Source: Somniosus microcephalus (Eukaryota). Taken from it: a DNA stretch of 64,000 bases. How positions within the stretch are numbered: position 1 is the stretch's first letter; every line of letters begins with the position of its first letter. The stretch covers positions 185,876,001 through 185,940,000 of the forward strand of contig CM126212.1 in the NCBI GenBank assembly GCA_052327205.1, given 5' to 3'. The notes below the pieces were generated by a model, which saw only the letters and a program-made list of their open reading frames with translations, was not told where the DNA came from and ran no database searches. Below, piece after piece: positions 38,086 to 52,660 of this stretch. The position numbers and the translations under genes are program-made.

Positions 38086-41000
38086 CTGCAATATATAGAA
38101 CAGTTTAATTAACCATCAAATACACATTGTAACAGTAGATGATCGCTACCTCACTTAATTTTTCACACGAATTATTTTAAAAGGAAAACAACTTCCTATG
38201 TTTCCTAGTTTATTAGAAATATTGCTTGCAACAATTACAATTCTCAGCAGAAGTAGGAACACCCATTCCTTTTTCTGGTAGAGCCCAACTACAAACATAC
38301 TACTCTGAGCTGGGTTGACCAGGCCCAGGTACCCTGTTATCTGGCAAGAATGCTGGTCTCAATAGATAATTTTTGTAAATGGATGCCTTGCTGTACAAGA
38401 TTATAAATAAAAGGACAATATAAGAATTATTCAACAATAATGGGCAGTAATAACCACCATTGGCCAAACACCATTTTGCCTACAAAAACAATCGCTGCAC
38501 TTCAATAATAATTCAATTTGTGAAGTTTCCACATAACCGCAGGTATTACTGAATTTTCCTCTTATGGAAAAGGGTGCATAAAGGGTCCTTCTCCCCAACC
38601 TGCCCTGAGCATCAATGGCAGCACCGTACTAATTTTGTTGATGGTGAGGGGGTGTGGGGAAGACAAGTAGATGCTACCACTGGGATATTCCAGTTTACAT
38701 TAAAGCAATGACTCTTAATTCTGACTTTCCAAATAAAGATTTTGAGATAATAAAAAGGTACAATTTTGTAGCTTATAAATTCTTAAAACAAAACGTCCCT
38801 CACTGATATTTGTGTACATCAGTTTGCTATACAGCATAAACAGTAAATGACAAGTTTACAATTACACATGAATAAATATGGGCAGATGGACTTGTAAAAT
38901 TTTTGAATTATAATTTTGGCGCAAAGACCCAGGAAGTCCATCCTTGTAGGAATCCAAGAATGAGTAGGTTGTTCCAGCAACAAATAGGTAAGCATCGTCA
39001 GTCCAGAACAGAAATTCATGAAATTCAAATAGCAACATAATTATAATGAAATTTAATATTTGCCAAACCCTAAAACCTAACTAACACCCATTGGGTGGTT
39101 GTGGGGGGGGGGGGGGGGGGGGCAAGCTACTCTTATAGCACTGCAGCTTGCTTATACACTCATTATCAATTTCTCAGTATTTCATACCTGATGAAGGAGA
39201 GAGTTGTTGGAAAGCCCTGGTGTTCCTGGGATCACGCTGGGATGTTTTGAATGAACATTGTTTACCACAGGCGATTTGGCGATCTTGTTCGATTTATTAC
39301 CACTGTTTATGGTGCTGGAACCTGGTGAGCTCTTCCGCTTTTTTCCTTCCAGCTTGTCCAGTGGGGTATGTGGATGTGAAAAGCCACCATGTAAATTTAC
39401 AGTCTGCTCATTTGACTGATGGACAAATGGCCCTAGTGAAAGAGTGGAATCACTACTGTTCATAACCACACTCATCCGTTTAATTGATTCTGCAGGGATC
39501 CCCATTTGAAGCCCCTTTCCTGATTGGTCATGTTTGAGTCCTAAAGAGTTCATCTTGTTCGTACAATTGAGGCCAACATTGTGTGTACTACTATAAGATG
39601 AGGAGACAGATGAGTAGTAAGAGGTCCCCAAGCTCCCAGAATTCACACAATTTTTCTTCAGAGATTCTGTGGAATGAGTGGAAGAAGAATGCAGTGGCAG
39701 TGCAGAAATATTTTTTCTTTTCTTTCCAGAACTGCTGCTGTTACTGTTGCTACTGATGTTGCTATTACTATTACTGCTGGTAGATGAAGGATCTTTAGGT
39801 TTAAAAGACTTGCTGGGTTTCACTTTTTGAGGTTTATTAAATACAGGTGAAGGAACTGAAGAAAGCCCAGAAGGCATCACAGAAGGTGAAGACACGTGTC
39901 TAGATTGCATACAATAAGCAGGGTCCATGACGCCCAAGGCAGCAGGGTGAGCATTTAGAGTAGTTGCATATGATAGCACAGATTTACTTTCAATGGATGA
40001 CATAAATGGCGAAGAAACTAACACTGGAGATGTCATCAATGATGAGGACAATGACGTAGAGGAGATAAAACCTGCAGCATTAACACTGTAATGCGATAGC
40101 GGTGAGGAGTTCATGCCAGTGCTGTGTGGGTTTGACTGTGCTGATGTCGGGCTATCCACTGCAGGAGGAATTTTTCTGAAAGAAAAAGAAAGCAAATTAT
40201 TTTGCTCAGGTGTAAGAGAATGCAACTTTTTACCATAAAAATATCTATTAAAAAAATACTCAAACTGATTTCACACACAATACTCATCCAGGACAAAAAG
40301 TAGACTTTGAAAAACCATGATGATTTAATTCACCTACAAATATCTATCCAGTTAACAGCTATAATTGAAATTTAAGGTTCACACTTTTATTGATTGAAGT
40401 TTATATCTTAATAAAATTACTCATCACTAATAAATCCTTCAATTAAACAAGCTATAGTTTTAACATCACATTTTCAGAGTTCGTTGTCTTTGATTTTAAA
40501 AATGAATGTAATTTCACTGTGTTGCAGTTTCTCACACTCCCTACATTTGTACTAGCCTCTCCATTGGAAGATCTTCAGCCATTACCAATGCCATTTCTCA
40601 GCTGGTCCACCAGAAGATGGATTTAGTCAGGAAGAGGTTAATTCCTCATTTTTTGGGTAGATTTTCAGTTTAGGATCATTTGTGGCAGGAAAATCATCAG
40701 CAGTGTTAAATAATAATTAAATATTGCAATATTTGAAGTATCAGCCTTGGCTCAGTAGTAGTATTCTACCCTTTAAGGTCAGAAGGTTGTGGGTTCAAGT
40801 CCCACTCCAGAGACTTGAGCACATTATCTAGTCTGATACATCAGTGCATTACTGACAGTGTGCTGGACTGCAGGAGCTGCTGTCCTTTAGCCGAGATGTT
40901 AAATCAAGGCCCTGTCTACTCTCTCAGGTAGATGTAAAAGATCCATGGCACTATTTTGAAGAGAAGCAGGCAAGTTCCTCCTGGTGCCCTGAGCAACATT

Positions 41001-44000
41001 TATCCCTAAACCAACACCACAAAAACAAAATATCTTGTCATTATCTCATTGTTGTATGCGGGACCTTGCTGTGTGCAAATTGACTGCCCCGTTTCCCAAC
41101 ATTACATTTGTGACTATACTACAAAAATATTTAATTAGCTGTAAAGTGCTTTGCGATGTCCTGAGCTTATGAAAGGTACTATATAAATGCAAGTCTTTCT
41201 TAAAAAGAAAAGGTCTCAACCATTTGTTTTATACTTACTTCCACATCTGTGAATTAAGATGCTTTTCAACCATAGAGGTAAGTGCACACCGAAAGTGGTC
41301 CCATCGCCTGTCAAAGACAAAGCAGCCTCGGCCAACCTGCCGGCTTCCAAAGGTGCAAAGCTAATTCAAAACAAGGATGTTGAGAAAAATTCTGACAATT
41401 AAAACGAAAACATCTGAAGGAATTGGAGACACCATTTATATTGTAGATAATGTATAATACAATTGTAATTTCAATAGTCACAGACAAAAAAAAAGTTCTG
41501 CTTGAAACGTGCTGTATCTGGGCCAAGAGTTTCTGCTTTGGGCGCAATCGGCGATTCCAGTGCAAATTGCGCTAGTTTTGAGAAGTGTTTTTCCCCTCCC
41601 GATTTTCCACTCAAACCCATTTGCATATCACTTGCCATGAAATAGCACACTTGGGCAGCGTTTTAAAACAGTTTTTTGAATATATTCAAGAGTGGTAACT
41701 TGGTGTTTGATTAATAAAGCTGAAAATGGGTTCATCACAAAAAAAGCATCTTTAATCATAGTCTCAATTTTCCACCTGTGAGTAACCCATACTGAAAATG
41801 ACAAAAAAACAGAACCATTTGCTAGTTATATTGGGGTACAGTAGTCAGTGTCTTCGTAAATTTACAAAAAAATTAAATTCAAAAGCTTTTGCAATGTTCC
41901 TATTAGTGTCCTTGTGCTCAAAATAACATTTGGAGCCTCCTCGAAGACCTGCAAAGGGGCGCAATTAGCAGAAACTCCCAATGGTGATTAATTCACCCTG
42001 GTGTGGTCCTTTTTGTGGATGGGGCCTGTTTCTAGCACTATTTTTTTAAACTCGTGTAAAAGAATGCTGAAACTCTAGTTGCACTGAACATAATTGGCAC
42101 TTAAAATTCCGCGATCTTTTCTGTTGGTTTCAGGTAAATTATGCCGAAAAAACTAGCGCAACCAAGCAGAAACTCTGCCCCTGATGCCAAGTAAGTAGGC
42201 TGCACAAGGTTTGTACAAAAAACTGGAAAAATCAGGACAGTTAACAAGTCAAAAACTTTTTCCATTTTGAATTTCATCAACAATTTGATAAACTTACAGC
42301 TGCTGGTCTAGGGTGATGTCCAGAATAATGGCAGTCTAGTTTTTCTGCAGATTCCTCTTTCTCATCACATTCTCCCTCATCACTAGACAACCTGGATGCG
42401 GAGTCTGGTCCTACTAGTGAGGGGTGAAATTCGTGTACCGATGCAGCATCAGTAATGGTATTGCCACTGTGCTGTAATGTACAACTGGCAGGCCTTCAAA
42501 AAAAGTCAATTAATAGTGGTTAGAGGCGTGGTTGAGCTACATATCATTGCATTTTTACAACAGTTATATCTGGAGTAATGTGAACATTTTTGATAGCACA
42601 AAAAATACTCGCAAATGGAGCCAATTCAATAATACAGTCCTCAACTATTTTGCGCCTAGCAGCAGTACTCCATATCAAATGGTGCTTATTTTGCCAGATC
42701 ATGAATGAACTGTGTGCAGTGCTCGATCACTGTTCAAACAAGCACCCCATGCCACAAGCACTTTTGTAATAAGTAGAATAAGTGGCACAGAAACATGGGA
42801 TCATCAGTTCGACACGGTTACACTCTGAATATTTATTGCATTCAATGCCTTTCCATCACATAGGTATTAAGCTCCTCAGAAATGTACTTGTGCCAACTAA
42901 TATATAGTAGCTGGAGTGCTGGTTGTGTTCAAATATTCAGTGAAAAAGAAACTGCCACTAAGCTCGACTACTTGGTCATATTTAGCAAAACTAAAACATC
43001 AAAATAACCTAGTATTTGAAGAGCATGACTTGCAGCAATCAGCAAGATTCCTAGATTGAGAACAAGGTGAAAATTTGTTCTTAAATTTCAAGGTTACAAT
43101 GCCATGCTATTGAATACCTGTACAGCACAGGTACAATCAAAATGGGGCACATTAAGGAAAGTGGTGTAACAAAATGTTGGAACAATGAAACATTTAATGT
43201 CAATTCAATTTAGCAACATGAGATGTTTCACATTGGGAGAATTTTCACCCCATTCTAGTGTCAAGTATAAGATTCTTAAATGCAATTCTTGTGTATGTGA
43301 AAACTTTTCTAATGAACTTCAAATCCAGTCTGTTGGTTCATTAGTACATAAATCCATGGTGTGCAGTATTATGATTTTCTCTCCCCTTCCCTCCCCCATT
43401 CCTATTAAGTAGCTGCCTTCAACTGGGAAAACAAGGCAGATAACTTCCAAAGCAAATCATTTGGGGATTTAAGTGCCAGGGCACACTCGTACATTCAGAG
43501 TTTCCATTTAATATATTGCCTATTTTTAATTGGTATTTTATATAGCTGATTTTAATAACTTAATAAAACTGTCCAACTACATGTTTATCACAAAGTGCCA
43601 GGGGTCACCATCATAACCACCTCTAACCGTCTCAGGACAAAATGTTCTTTCTTTGAAAATAGGCATTAAAGCTTCCAGTCATTTCATTTATACAACCATT
43701 TTCACTAAGTTGTGATGCATTCATGTTAAGTGAAATTAGAGGTAACTTAATGATTCATTGAGCAGCTCGTACTGTATTCTGTAAACAAATCTGAATGTGT
43801 TGCAATCCTTGAATTGATAATGATTTTGAATGGGAAGTGGAACAATGCTCTGAAGAATCAAGATGGCAGAAAGGAACGTCATCAACCAGAGTAGGAAGAT
43901 TCAAGCAATTCTGAAGATAGTCTATTCCAAAGTTCAGAAACAAGTTAATAATGCCCATATTTTCCTATTATGCATTAAAGAAAAATATTTAAGCTCAGTA

Positions 44001-47000
44001 CATTCATAGCACAGATTCAGTGCATTATAAACTTATTATAGATTGGAAACAAGATTCAGAAATAAAAAGGCCTGTTCTGGAACAATCATATGACTGATAT
44101 ATTTACACATCGTAATAGTATGAAAAGTCAAGTATCTAGAGCTTTCGTATGACTTTCCACAAAGCACTGCACTGTGGCTGGCTGGCAGGCAGAAAATACA
44201 GCTTAAACAGTGCAAGTCCTAAATTTCAAGTTTCTACCTTCACCGCCCTGCTTGCATGCTATGCTTCTATGCTGTGCACCATCCAAATTGCGGGTGCCAA
44301 CTCTGGTTGGACGTATTCCTGGAGGTTATCACGAGCTCCTGCCTCCAACCACCTCACCCAAATAACCCTTTCTTCCCCCCACCCCCCATCTCCAATGTAT
44401 TTATTAACTAATAAATGAAAGTGTTCAAAGAACATTTAAAAAAGCCACTTTTTTCCCCTTTAATGCTCATGATTTTTCTCTCTGGTTGCTCGCGGCAGTG
44501 ACCAGGAGATTAATCTTTCATTCCTGGAGACTCCAGGACAATGCTGGAGGGTTGGCGACCCGACTCCAAACACCCAGCTGTATTCACACAGCCATAAGTT
44601 TGAGTGGCCTGCAACGCTGGGATCAAATGGCTGGTTCTCAGTATGCATTATTCCCACTGCCCCAGAATTTCCACTTTTTTTTTGTTTGCCCTATTTAAAA
44701 GGAAATCGATATCCCAATAACATCTTGCGTTTTACACAAAAAGCTGAAGTTTCGATTAGCTTTGTCCCCACTATGCTTCATTTAAATTTTTAAAAAGAAG
44801 AGTTTGACCACAGCACATTCAAATTTAAAAGTCATCATACCTTGGAAGACTTGAATTGTGAAGTTTGGTTTTGCCAGACACCGTCTGTTTTACATCCGAT
44901 GCAACATTTCCATGGGAATTCTGATGCAATTCCTGGGAAGCTTTAGATGGCGAGGGATGTGATTCCCTGAGAAGGGGTGCCTGGTGATGATGCTCAGAGA
45001 TTCGATGCGATTCTTTTTCCCTGGGTTTGTTTTTGTGCTCAGCCAACAAAAGGTCAAAATGTTTCCTACGACCTGGTACTGCTCTCCGTTGGCTCAAGGA
45101 ATGTGTCTGAATATTTCAGAGAATAAATTCACATGAATGCAGGCATTAAATATTTGCTGTAACATTTCCTTTAAATATAATAACATTACATAGCCATTAA
45201 GTGTATTTATCAATGCCTATCTGCAAATATTGAACACTTAATGAAGTTTACAGAAATACATTTTTTACTCAAATTATTTTTGTAATGAAGGATACATAAA
45301 GCATTGTTATATTAGAAATGAGCTGACAAATACCCAATACACTGTTAAATGTGCAAAATCAAACTGAATGAGCAAACACTTTGCTGTGTACAAACAAGGC
45401 CAAACAATCATCTTTTCACTTATCTATTTTTGGAATTCTTTTTCCCCTCAGTGTTTCAATACAATTCATCTGCCACAAACTTTAGGATAACCCAATGAGA
45501 GAAAAGGAAGTTTGAGTTTTATGTTCTGAAATCCTGTCATTTAGCCCTCCTCCAGTCTTCCTGTACTCCCAACCAGATCTCAGCTACTACTTTGTAAATC
45601 AAATGACAGCTCGCATGAAAATTTACTAACAAAATAGGCCCAATTATAGCTTCAGAAATTATGTTTAACTAGTGGCAAAGTAATTCTGTTCTCTCAACAG
45701 TGACCACACAAGTCAAACTATCATGAATCCTTAGCAAAGAAAACAACACAAAAGTCAACAGTAACCTACCTTGCATGTCAAAGATCTTGTACATGGTTTC
45801 TTGGTTTCAAGATCGACAACACCACAGTGTCTGTTTGGGTCAAACTCCCGTTCTATCAAAAAAAAGATGTTAAGTGTGTAGTACTGTTGATTTTCTGTTT
45901 TTGCCTGGTTCATGGAGAACCATTATTTACAAAAAAATTTTAAACTGTCAGGAAAAATTCTGCTGCTGGCCTGACATTTTAAGATTAATTTCCCGACAAA
46001 TATTTTGCTGATAAGGCGAACCTTTGACTCAAAAAAAAACCTCTCCCTGCCTCCCATGCTAGCTAATATTGCAAATGGTTCCCTCTCCTCAGGCACTGCC
46101 CCCTCCCTTTCCAAATTGCCATTATTACCAATGTTCTCAAGGTGCACGGCCAATTGGTTATTACCCTCCTTTGAAAACTGCCATTATCTCTCTCCACTTC
46201 ACTTCCCACCCCCACGCTGCTGTCCTTCAAAACTACTGCAGTTGTGCCTCATGTCGATGAAGTGCTTTACAGTCACCTTTCATAAAGACTGGAGAATGCA
46301 CATGTGGCATATGCAATATTTCAGTAGCCAGTATATGAAGCAAGTGTTTTACTGTTATTTAAACTAGATATTGGGCAGAACACGATGCACTTCAGATCTT
46401 ACAGGATGTGAGGTCAGCTTACAAGAGTGACTGGCGATCATGAACCAGAGAGAATATCTAGCGCAAAACCCAATTTTGAGAGAGGCTGATTGTAACAACC
46501 TTATGTCTGCCCCATCGGGATCAGTTAACTCAGCACATACTGGGGATCAAACTTTCCTGGTCTGAATAGCTTAACTCCCCACTGGGTAGTGTACTTCTCA
46601 GCCGAGCTATCAGAACTCTCTATATGTTCACTTGGTCTCTTACTTGACAATTATACTCTCTCCAGACTGTGGTGACTGACGTTTGGTAATCTTCCCTCAT
46701 AACTCGGCCCCTGTACACTGGTTTCTTTTCTACAGGTTTGTGGTGGTATAGTAGCAGTGCTGCTTCCACTTTGCTCCATGTTTGTTTACTGTTCAAAAGC
46801 CTCTGCCAATCAATACGATGGCACATTCAAGTTAAAATTAAGTAACTGATGATTCAAAATGTATTTACCCAAATCAGAAAGCGAGGAAGTCTGCCTGTTT
46901 TACCATGGCTAACATATGTTTCACACACATCTGCTCTGAACAATCAGTCCGAATAAGTGCAAAGAACTACGTTTGAGTTAAAAGGAGAGCTGATTCAGCC

Positions 47001-50000
47001 GACCATCCCTGTAGTAGAGAATCCTACCATCTACTTTATCCATAATATCTTCAAAGAAGTTAAGGAGGATTTTCCAGGTGTGATCTTTCCCTTCTAAAAA
47101 CAATACACTGACAAATAAACCAAATACATTGTAAAAGATGATACAGTTGAGATGTTTAAGTCCTAACTGTCCTCCGCAACTTCTAGGTTCGTTTTCAACA
47201 AATGAATTTTTAAAGCATAGTTATTTGATATCCCAAAAAAATTACAGCGGCTCCACTGTACTATAAATGTCTATTAGGACTCACCTGACAATCGCTTATG
47301 AGAAGAGGACTTCTTGATATTTTTACCATCTTCAAGTTTCTTTTCTGAGGATGAAGGAGTTGACAGAAGATTTTTACCATTGGGTATCTGTCCAGTGGAG
47401 GGCAGGGGTGCCTTTGGTATTGTAGGACAATTAAGGCCAGCTTTTATTGAAGCACTCACAGTGGTGGAATTAATAGGAACTGGCATCATTTTCAATGATG
47501 TGCCATCAATCTTCACATTAGGATGCATCTTCTCTGGTTTAACCACTGAAGTCATGCTGCAGAATATGATGATTTTTTTTAAAAAAATGAAACACACTGC
47601 ACATTTTGTACCTTTGGTCTTAAATTGAAGTTTAAGATAACCAGCTCCTCTACTGACTATTTCCAGTCAGGATTAAAAATATATAGATCCTGAACTAGAA
47701 CACTCCTTATAAAAATATACGCTTATTTTAAAAGTATGTTCTTACTGTTTGCTAACCTCTTAACCAGAGCCATCACTCCATAAATGTTCAGAGGCCAAGA
47801 GGTCTGCTGTCTCAGCTAGGAAACAGCTTAGCCTGACAACTTTTAAAGATTTTTATCTGTACCTAAAGCAAATATTTAGACACTTGTGCTTTACCAATTG
47901 CACCTTTGTATTTTTGGATGGGAGTGTACAAGTCCACTTCCCTTTTTAACCAACACTGCCCTTGTCTAACCTGAAGATTCCCCAGGTGGGCCAGGTGATA
48001 GGAACATCCACTTGGTACTCAATATTTTGATCAAGAACCACAATCCCAATTGATGTCTTGCTTGAGGGCCACACATAGGAATGTTCCAACATTGTACCAT
48101 AGAGTAATAGGCATGAGACTGTGTGCTTGATTACTTTATACCGCTATTGAGTGTTGCAGTGTGAAGGGTAGACAGTTCTCTATGACATGGAGGCGAGGAC
48201 AAGATACGCACCCCAGTCACTAGAATGCAGCTCCTAGCTGTTGAGTATAGAGTGGCATTACTGGAGGCCTGGGCCAAGTCTCCAGTTCAGCTTCTTGGGA
48301 AAAGGCGGTATGTGGTAAAATAGAGGAAATTTTAAAAAAAAGTAAGGCTGAAGGGGGAGGGAAAGAAAAGGCTGGAAAGATGAAGCATTTACTTGCTGTT
48401 GCTCTGCTTCAGAGTCTTTTTTTTCTCTGTTTCTTTTTACCCCCTTGTTCTATTTCCATGTTCTCTTCCACCTTCCCCACCTCAACCCCCCCCCCCCCAC
48501 CAACCCAATTTTCTTTCTATCTCTGGGTCACTCATAGTAACATTAAGTGGGGACATCCCAGCCTCAAAATGATTCTTTTAAAACTGCAAGTCCTGTAGAC
48601 AAGTGCTGGGATAGCTCCATCCCAGTAGCATTCCCTGGCTTTTTATTCCTGGAAAGCATAATGAGGATGGTGCTGAATCCCAGCTCAGGCAACACCCCAC
48701 AAGGCATGAAAAATATGGAGATCTATTTTATAAGGAACACAACATATATAAAATCATATAATCTATATAATATGAGGAAACAATTAGAGAGCATGGCAAG
48801 GAGTACTTCCAACAACATTCCTAAATACCTGCAATAAAGTGAGCCTACTAAATTGATCAGATAGATCAGCAGAATAAACGGTTACAGAAAGAGGAAATGC
48901 TTGAAATACCAACAGATCAGTCAGCATCGGTAAACAGAAAAGACATTACTATTGGGGTGTAACCCTTCATGTTTCCAGCATTTTATGTTTTCAGATTTCC
49001 ATTTTTTTCTTTAACCATTTATTTTTTTTAAATTTCCTAAAACTTCATTCAGCCAAGCTTTCAGATACAAAGATTTCTCAAATTAAGACATTAATTTCCT
49101 AGTGTTTGATAAATATTGAAGAATTTAATTTCCATTGGCTAAACTTAAATAAAATCCCAAATTGTATCATGAGTATATAAACTAGCAATTTGCCAAGCTT
49201 TCTATAAATGTTTTGAGTTGTAGTAACATGGTTTTAGAAAGATTCTTTCAACAGTGTTTCAGATATCTGAATAAACTGATTTAAACAATCTTTTAAAGCA
49301 AAAAACTAACATTCGTATACCACTTAGCCAAATTTGATCAACACCACAACTGACTGGGACCAGAGTACACTTAGATGTCTAAATGCTTGCACACACTTTT
49401 GGGTTTTGTTTCTGGGGGTGAGGGAATAGATGAAGAAATGGACCAAGTACAAACATTCTGGACAGTGACGTACTACATTTAAACAAGACATTTCTGCACT
49501 GCTTAACCATCAACAAGATGTGAACCAAGACAAACCAGTCTGATAGTCAAAGAACCCAAGCTACTGAATGTGCAGGAAAGGGTCACAGTCACCTTACTGG
49601 ACAGGAGATAGTTCCAGGTTAATTTGGAAATGTTCATCCTAACTGTTTTGTGAACCTTGGCTATCGAGGATGCAGATAAGCTGAAAACCGTGGTGCTAAA
49701 AAAAAAAAATCCGTCTGTTGTGGGGAAAACACTGCAGCAGAAATGTTTTGTGAAACCAAAATACAACAACCAAAAAGAAAAGCATGCACTAACTTTTTAT
49801 CATGGTGCATCTTGCTAGGGTGAACCAGGTAAACTGGTCTGCTCATAGCACTGATGTGAAGCTTATCTTTGGGGGATTTTTGTATCTTAGAGCTGGATGA
49901 AGCACAGTTTCCACCAGAAGAGCGACTGTTCCCACAATCACTACTGCTTCTGTTTTTTGAGAGCGTGGAAGGATAAGAGTATGCAGAAGATGATGGAGGG

Positions 50001-50037
50001 GTCACAGGTGGTTTGCTTGATGTACTGTGTCTTCTTT
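38068..50037 (-). CDS. ATXN7: Ataxin-7, 5'-partial; complement join(49794-50037,47285-47556,45770-45852,44841-45106,42298-42493,41239-41360,39188-40175,38068-38085)
   Basis: Eight GT-AG exons splice in frame from ERRHSTSSKPP through the SCA7 zinc-finger (EREFDPNRHCGV...CTRSLTCKTH) to LLHQPKARP-stop; I did not find the N-terminal exons (polyQ, first ZnF) in the window. Confidence 0.96.
39103..39122. repeat. G20 homopolymer in the last ATXN7 intron
   Basis: Read directly. Confidence 0.9.
39188..40175 (-). CDS. ATXN7: ATXN7 large Ser-rich exon
   Basis: KIPP...GKKRK...AESIKRMSVVMNSSDSTLSLGPF...SLLHQ; donor GTATGA. Confidence 0.96.
40741..41200 (+). mobile_element. Near full-length tRNA-derived Deu-domain SINE (SacSINE1-like)
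   Basis: A box TGGCTCAGTAG, B box GGTTCAAGTCC, Deu core, tail AAAGGTACTATATAAATGCAAGTCTTTC. Confidence 0.88.
41239..41360 (-). CDS. ATXN7: ATXN7 exon, conserved block III
   Basis: LCTFGSRQVGRGCFVFDRRWDHFRCALTSMVEKHLNSQMW; donor GTAAGT. Confidence 0.95.
41520..42181. mobile_element. Non-autonomous TIR element (GGGC-starting TIR, possibly Harbinger-like)
   Basis: GGGCCAAGAGTTTCTGCTT ... AAGCAGAAACTCTGCCCC inverted ends; TSD not evident. Confidence 0.7.
42298..42493 (-). CDS. ATXN7: ATXN7 internal exon (PASC...GHHPRPAA)
   Basis: ASRLSSDEGECDEKEESAEKLDCHYSGHHPRPA; donor GTAAGT; absent from the ORF track. Confidence 0.94.
44841..45106 (-). CDS. ATXN7: ATXN7 exon, SCA7 domain part 2
   Basis: THSLSQRRAVPGRRKHFDLLLAEHK...SLPR; donor GTATGA. 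Confidence 0.95.
45770..45852 (-). CDS. ATXN7: ATXN7 exon, SCA7 domain part 1
   Basis: REFDPNRHCGVVDLETKKPCTRSLTCK; donor GTAGGT. Confidence 0.96.
46500..46615 (-). mobile_element. SINE family B head fragment
   Basis: CAGACCAGGAAAG..TGATCCCC..GCTGAGTTAACTGATC on -; related to 52560-52660. Confidence 0.45.
47285..47556 (-). CDS. ATXN7: ATXN7 internal exon (MTSVVKPEK...HKRLS)
   Basis: Acceptor ctgcag, donor GTGAGT; GLNCPTIPK motif. Confidence 0.93.
49794..50037 (-). CDS. ATXN7: ATXN7 internal exon (ERRHS...HHDK)
   Basis: Acceptor tacacag, donor GTTAGT, phases 1/2. Confidence 0.92.
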
Positions 50038-52379
50038 CTGTGTACAGAAAATAAAACAATTCAACTTCTAGCCAACAATGGAACAGCATCAACTAGATTC
50101 TTTTATATCCAAATTTTCATTATAAAATATGAATCCCAAAATAAGTCTCATCTCTTGGGAAGTTTCAATATCTGTAATAATAAAGCTGGTAGGTTTTTAA
50201 TGCTTTCCATATCATAACAGCAAGATATCAGAGGCGCACACCGCCATTAGTCAGTTATGGCAAGTTGCATCTGAGTCAAGCTAATATTGCATATTTTTTT
50301 TCTAGGAATCCTAATTTTTATGCATAGCGTATTCTCTGCTTACAAGACTCTCTACTTTCTACTTGCCCAATTAAAAAAACTAGAAGTCTAATAGCTTTGA
50401 AATAAAATATAATTGCACTCTCCCAAACGAATATGGAAGTTAAATTGATTCTGTAAGATTTGTGAAAGCAGTCATTGCTCCAAGTCAGTGTGAGATATCT
50501 CAAATACTGACTGCATAAAGTTTGAAATTGGCCAGACTATTCCAAGGGGGACCAAGATGTGGTGCTTTTACTTTATAAAGCTTCTGTTGAAGACAATCTA
50601 AACGTCTGTAGCAGTGCTGGCAGCACTAAAATCCACCTAAAAGTGACTTGTATTGGAGACCCCAGAGCTAGCAAGTGCTGGTCACCGTGCTCTCTGATCA
50701 CAGCACTTCCACGGTTCAGTTTCAAGCAAGCAAGGCAATTTTCAAATCACATGTCTGTATGGACTTTCAGCGGCCTTTAGAAAAGGTTCAGCGGCCAGAA
50801 AGTCTTGAATTGCAAATTAACAATCACACATGTTCAAGCCTAGCTTATTGCTTTGGTGCTGTGGAATCTGTGCCACAACAAAAAAATGTAAAGTTTCCAC
50901 TTCATCAGGAGCGCATGGTGTTATAAAACCACTGCTTCTTGAAGTAATTCGTTATACCAGCATAAGACTTGACAGGTTTATGTTAAAAGAGGCCTACAGT
51001 TCAAATTCTAAGCAAGGAACTTAAATTATAATATATCGGAGCTAATGATATTTCTGCTCCAGCAGAAGATTGAGTGATCGTTAAAACTGCTCAAATACCT
51101 GTGAATGTTGATAATTGCCCTCATAGTATAATGTACCAGAGACCATGTCGGATGCTGACCGTGCTCTCCTATCTACGCACAGGTAGCAAATATCCACTTT
51201 TGTCCCAAATGTAAATGGCCAGTGATTATTTCAACCGTTTGCACTTTGAAAACCTCAGTATTCAAGCACCTGTTTAAATGTTCTTGGACTTTCGTTTTTG
51301 AAAGCAGAATGAGAAGCATAACTACACAGCATGTAATTTATTTCTCCTTTTCATTCCAACATCACATCTTTCCTACACTGAAGGCAGAAAAATGATTGCT
51401 CACACACTTCTGTTAATGTTGCTCTCCATCAATCAATTAAGCGAGAAGTGGCTAAACCGCTAGCTCCCCTCTTTGCAGGGGAAGTACCTTGCCTCTGCTC
51501 AGGGCCCCCGAAAGCATGGCCAAATTCAGGAACTATGTTTGCAGAATCACAAGCACAAATCAAAACATTCCCTACAACTCTTGACACTGCGTTACTGCAA
51601 CATGCTATGCCACCTGGAACTACAGATTCTTAAATTTATAGCACTTGGAGTTAAAAAACTTACATTTACACAGTCCATTATCAGATCTCAAGTGTCTCAA
51701 AGCACCACGTCATGAATTGCTCTGACGTGCAATTACTTTAGGTAGTACATTAAGAACTGTAATCTTTACGTGTACTTTTGATGGTGCAGCCTTCAAAACG
51801 TAATCAAATATCCATGGGAACACCCAATTTTTTTTCTCCATTTCATACTGGTAGTACAAAATTGTACTTAAAGCCCGTTAACCCTCGGGCCATCACCGCC
51901 ACGATAACTCATTATGGCATGACTGCTCCCCTGGATGGCTGACAATTTATTTTGAAAGGGCAGCCTTTCACTTAGCTGTTCCAATGCAAGCAGGTCAAAT
52001 TTCAATGTTCGCTCTCTTGATTGGTCTTTTGGAATCTGTTTCCAGCTGGCTTTTCAGCCAGACAGAATTTCAGATGTGGGTTCCTGTTCCAGAATGGAGC
52101 ATAGATTGGTGGAGGCATAGGAGAACAGGTGAGATTTTAAATCTATATGTTAAAAAATAAAATGAATATAGAGATCACACCAGAAAAAAATTTGAAAGGC
52201 ATAAATTGTATATTTTACTATTGTATTATTACAGTAATAAAATGCCTGAGTTCGGAGTTAAACATAGTTACCGTATTACTTTCTGTACCAAAGTTTGTCC
52301 CCTCCTCAAAGCATCAAATCTGAATAAGATTTGGTTCCAGTGTGTTGATCAGTACTAGGTCATTATTCATCAGTGACCT

Positions 52380-52660
52380 TTGATAAGTGTCAGCAGGCTA
52401 TTTAACTACCAGCGGCATCATAGCCAAGCTCCATCTTCTCCTCAGCTGATATCAATCTGTAGACTTCCATTAGGGACTGTCGAATATATACGAGTAGGAG
52501 CCTCAACCGATTTCCCCTTCCCAACAAGGGTGCAGAGGCCAAATCGGACTCACTACCGTCAATCTACTGACTCTGTACAGATTGAAGACCGAAGCCAGGG
52601 GGATTTCCTGGCCTGTATGGCTCTGATACCGGTGCAGAAACTTGCTGAACCATCAGGGGA
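52380..52660 (-). mobile_element. SINE family B, decayed
   Basis: Similar to 2770-2980 and 46500-46615. Confidence 0.5.

Noticed and set aside
38086-39187. Homolog of the human alternative C-terminal cassette exon of ATXN7
   Set aside because: No convincing peptide similarity or splice-site pair recognised
40741-40810. tRNA gene
   Set aside because: A and B boxes continue into a SINE body; no complete cloverleaf
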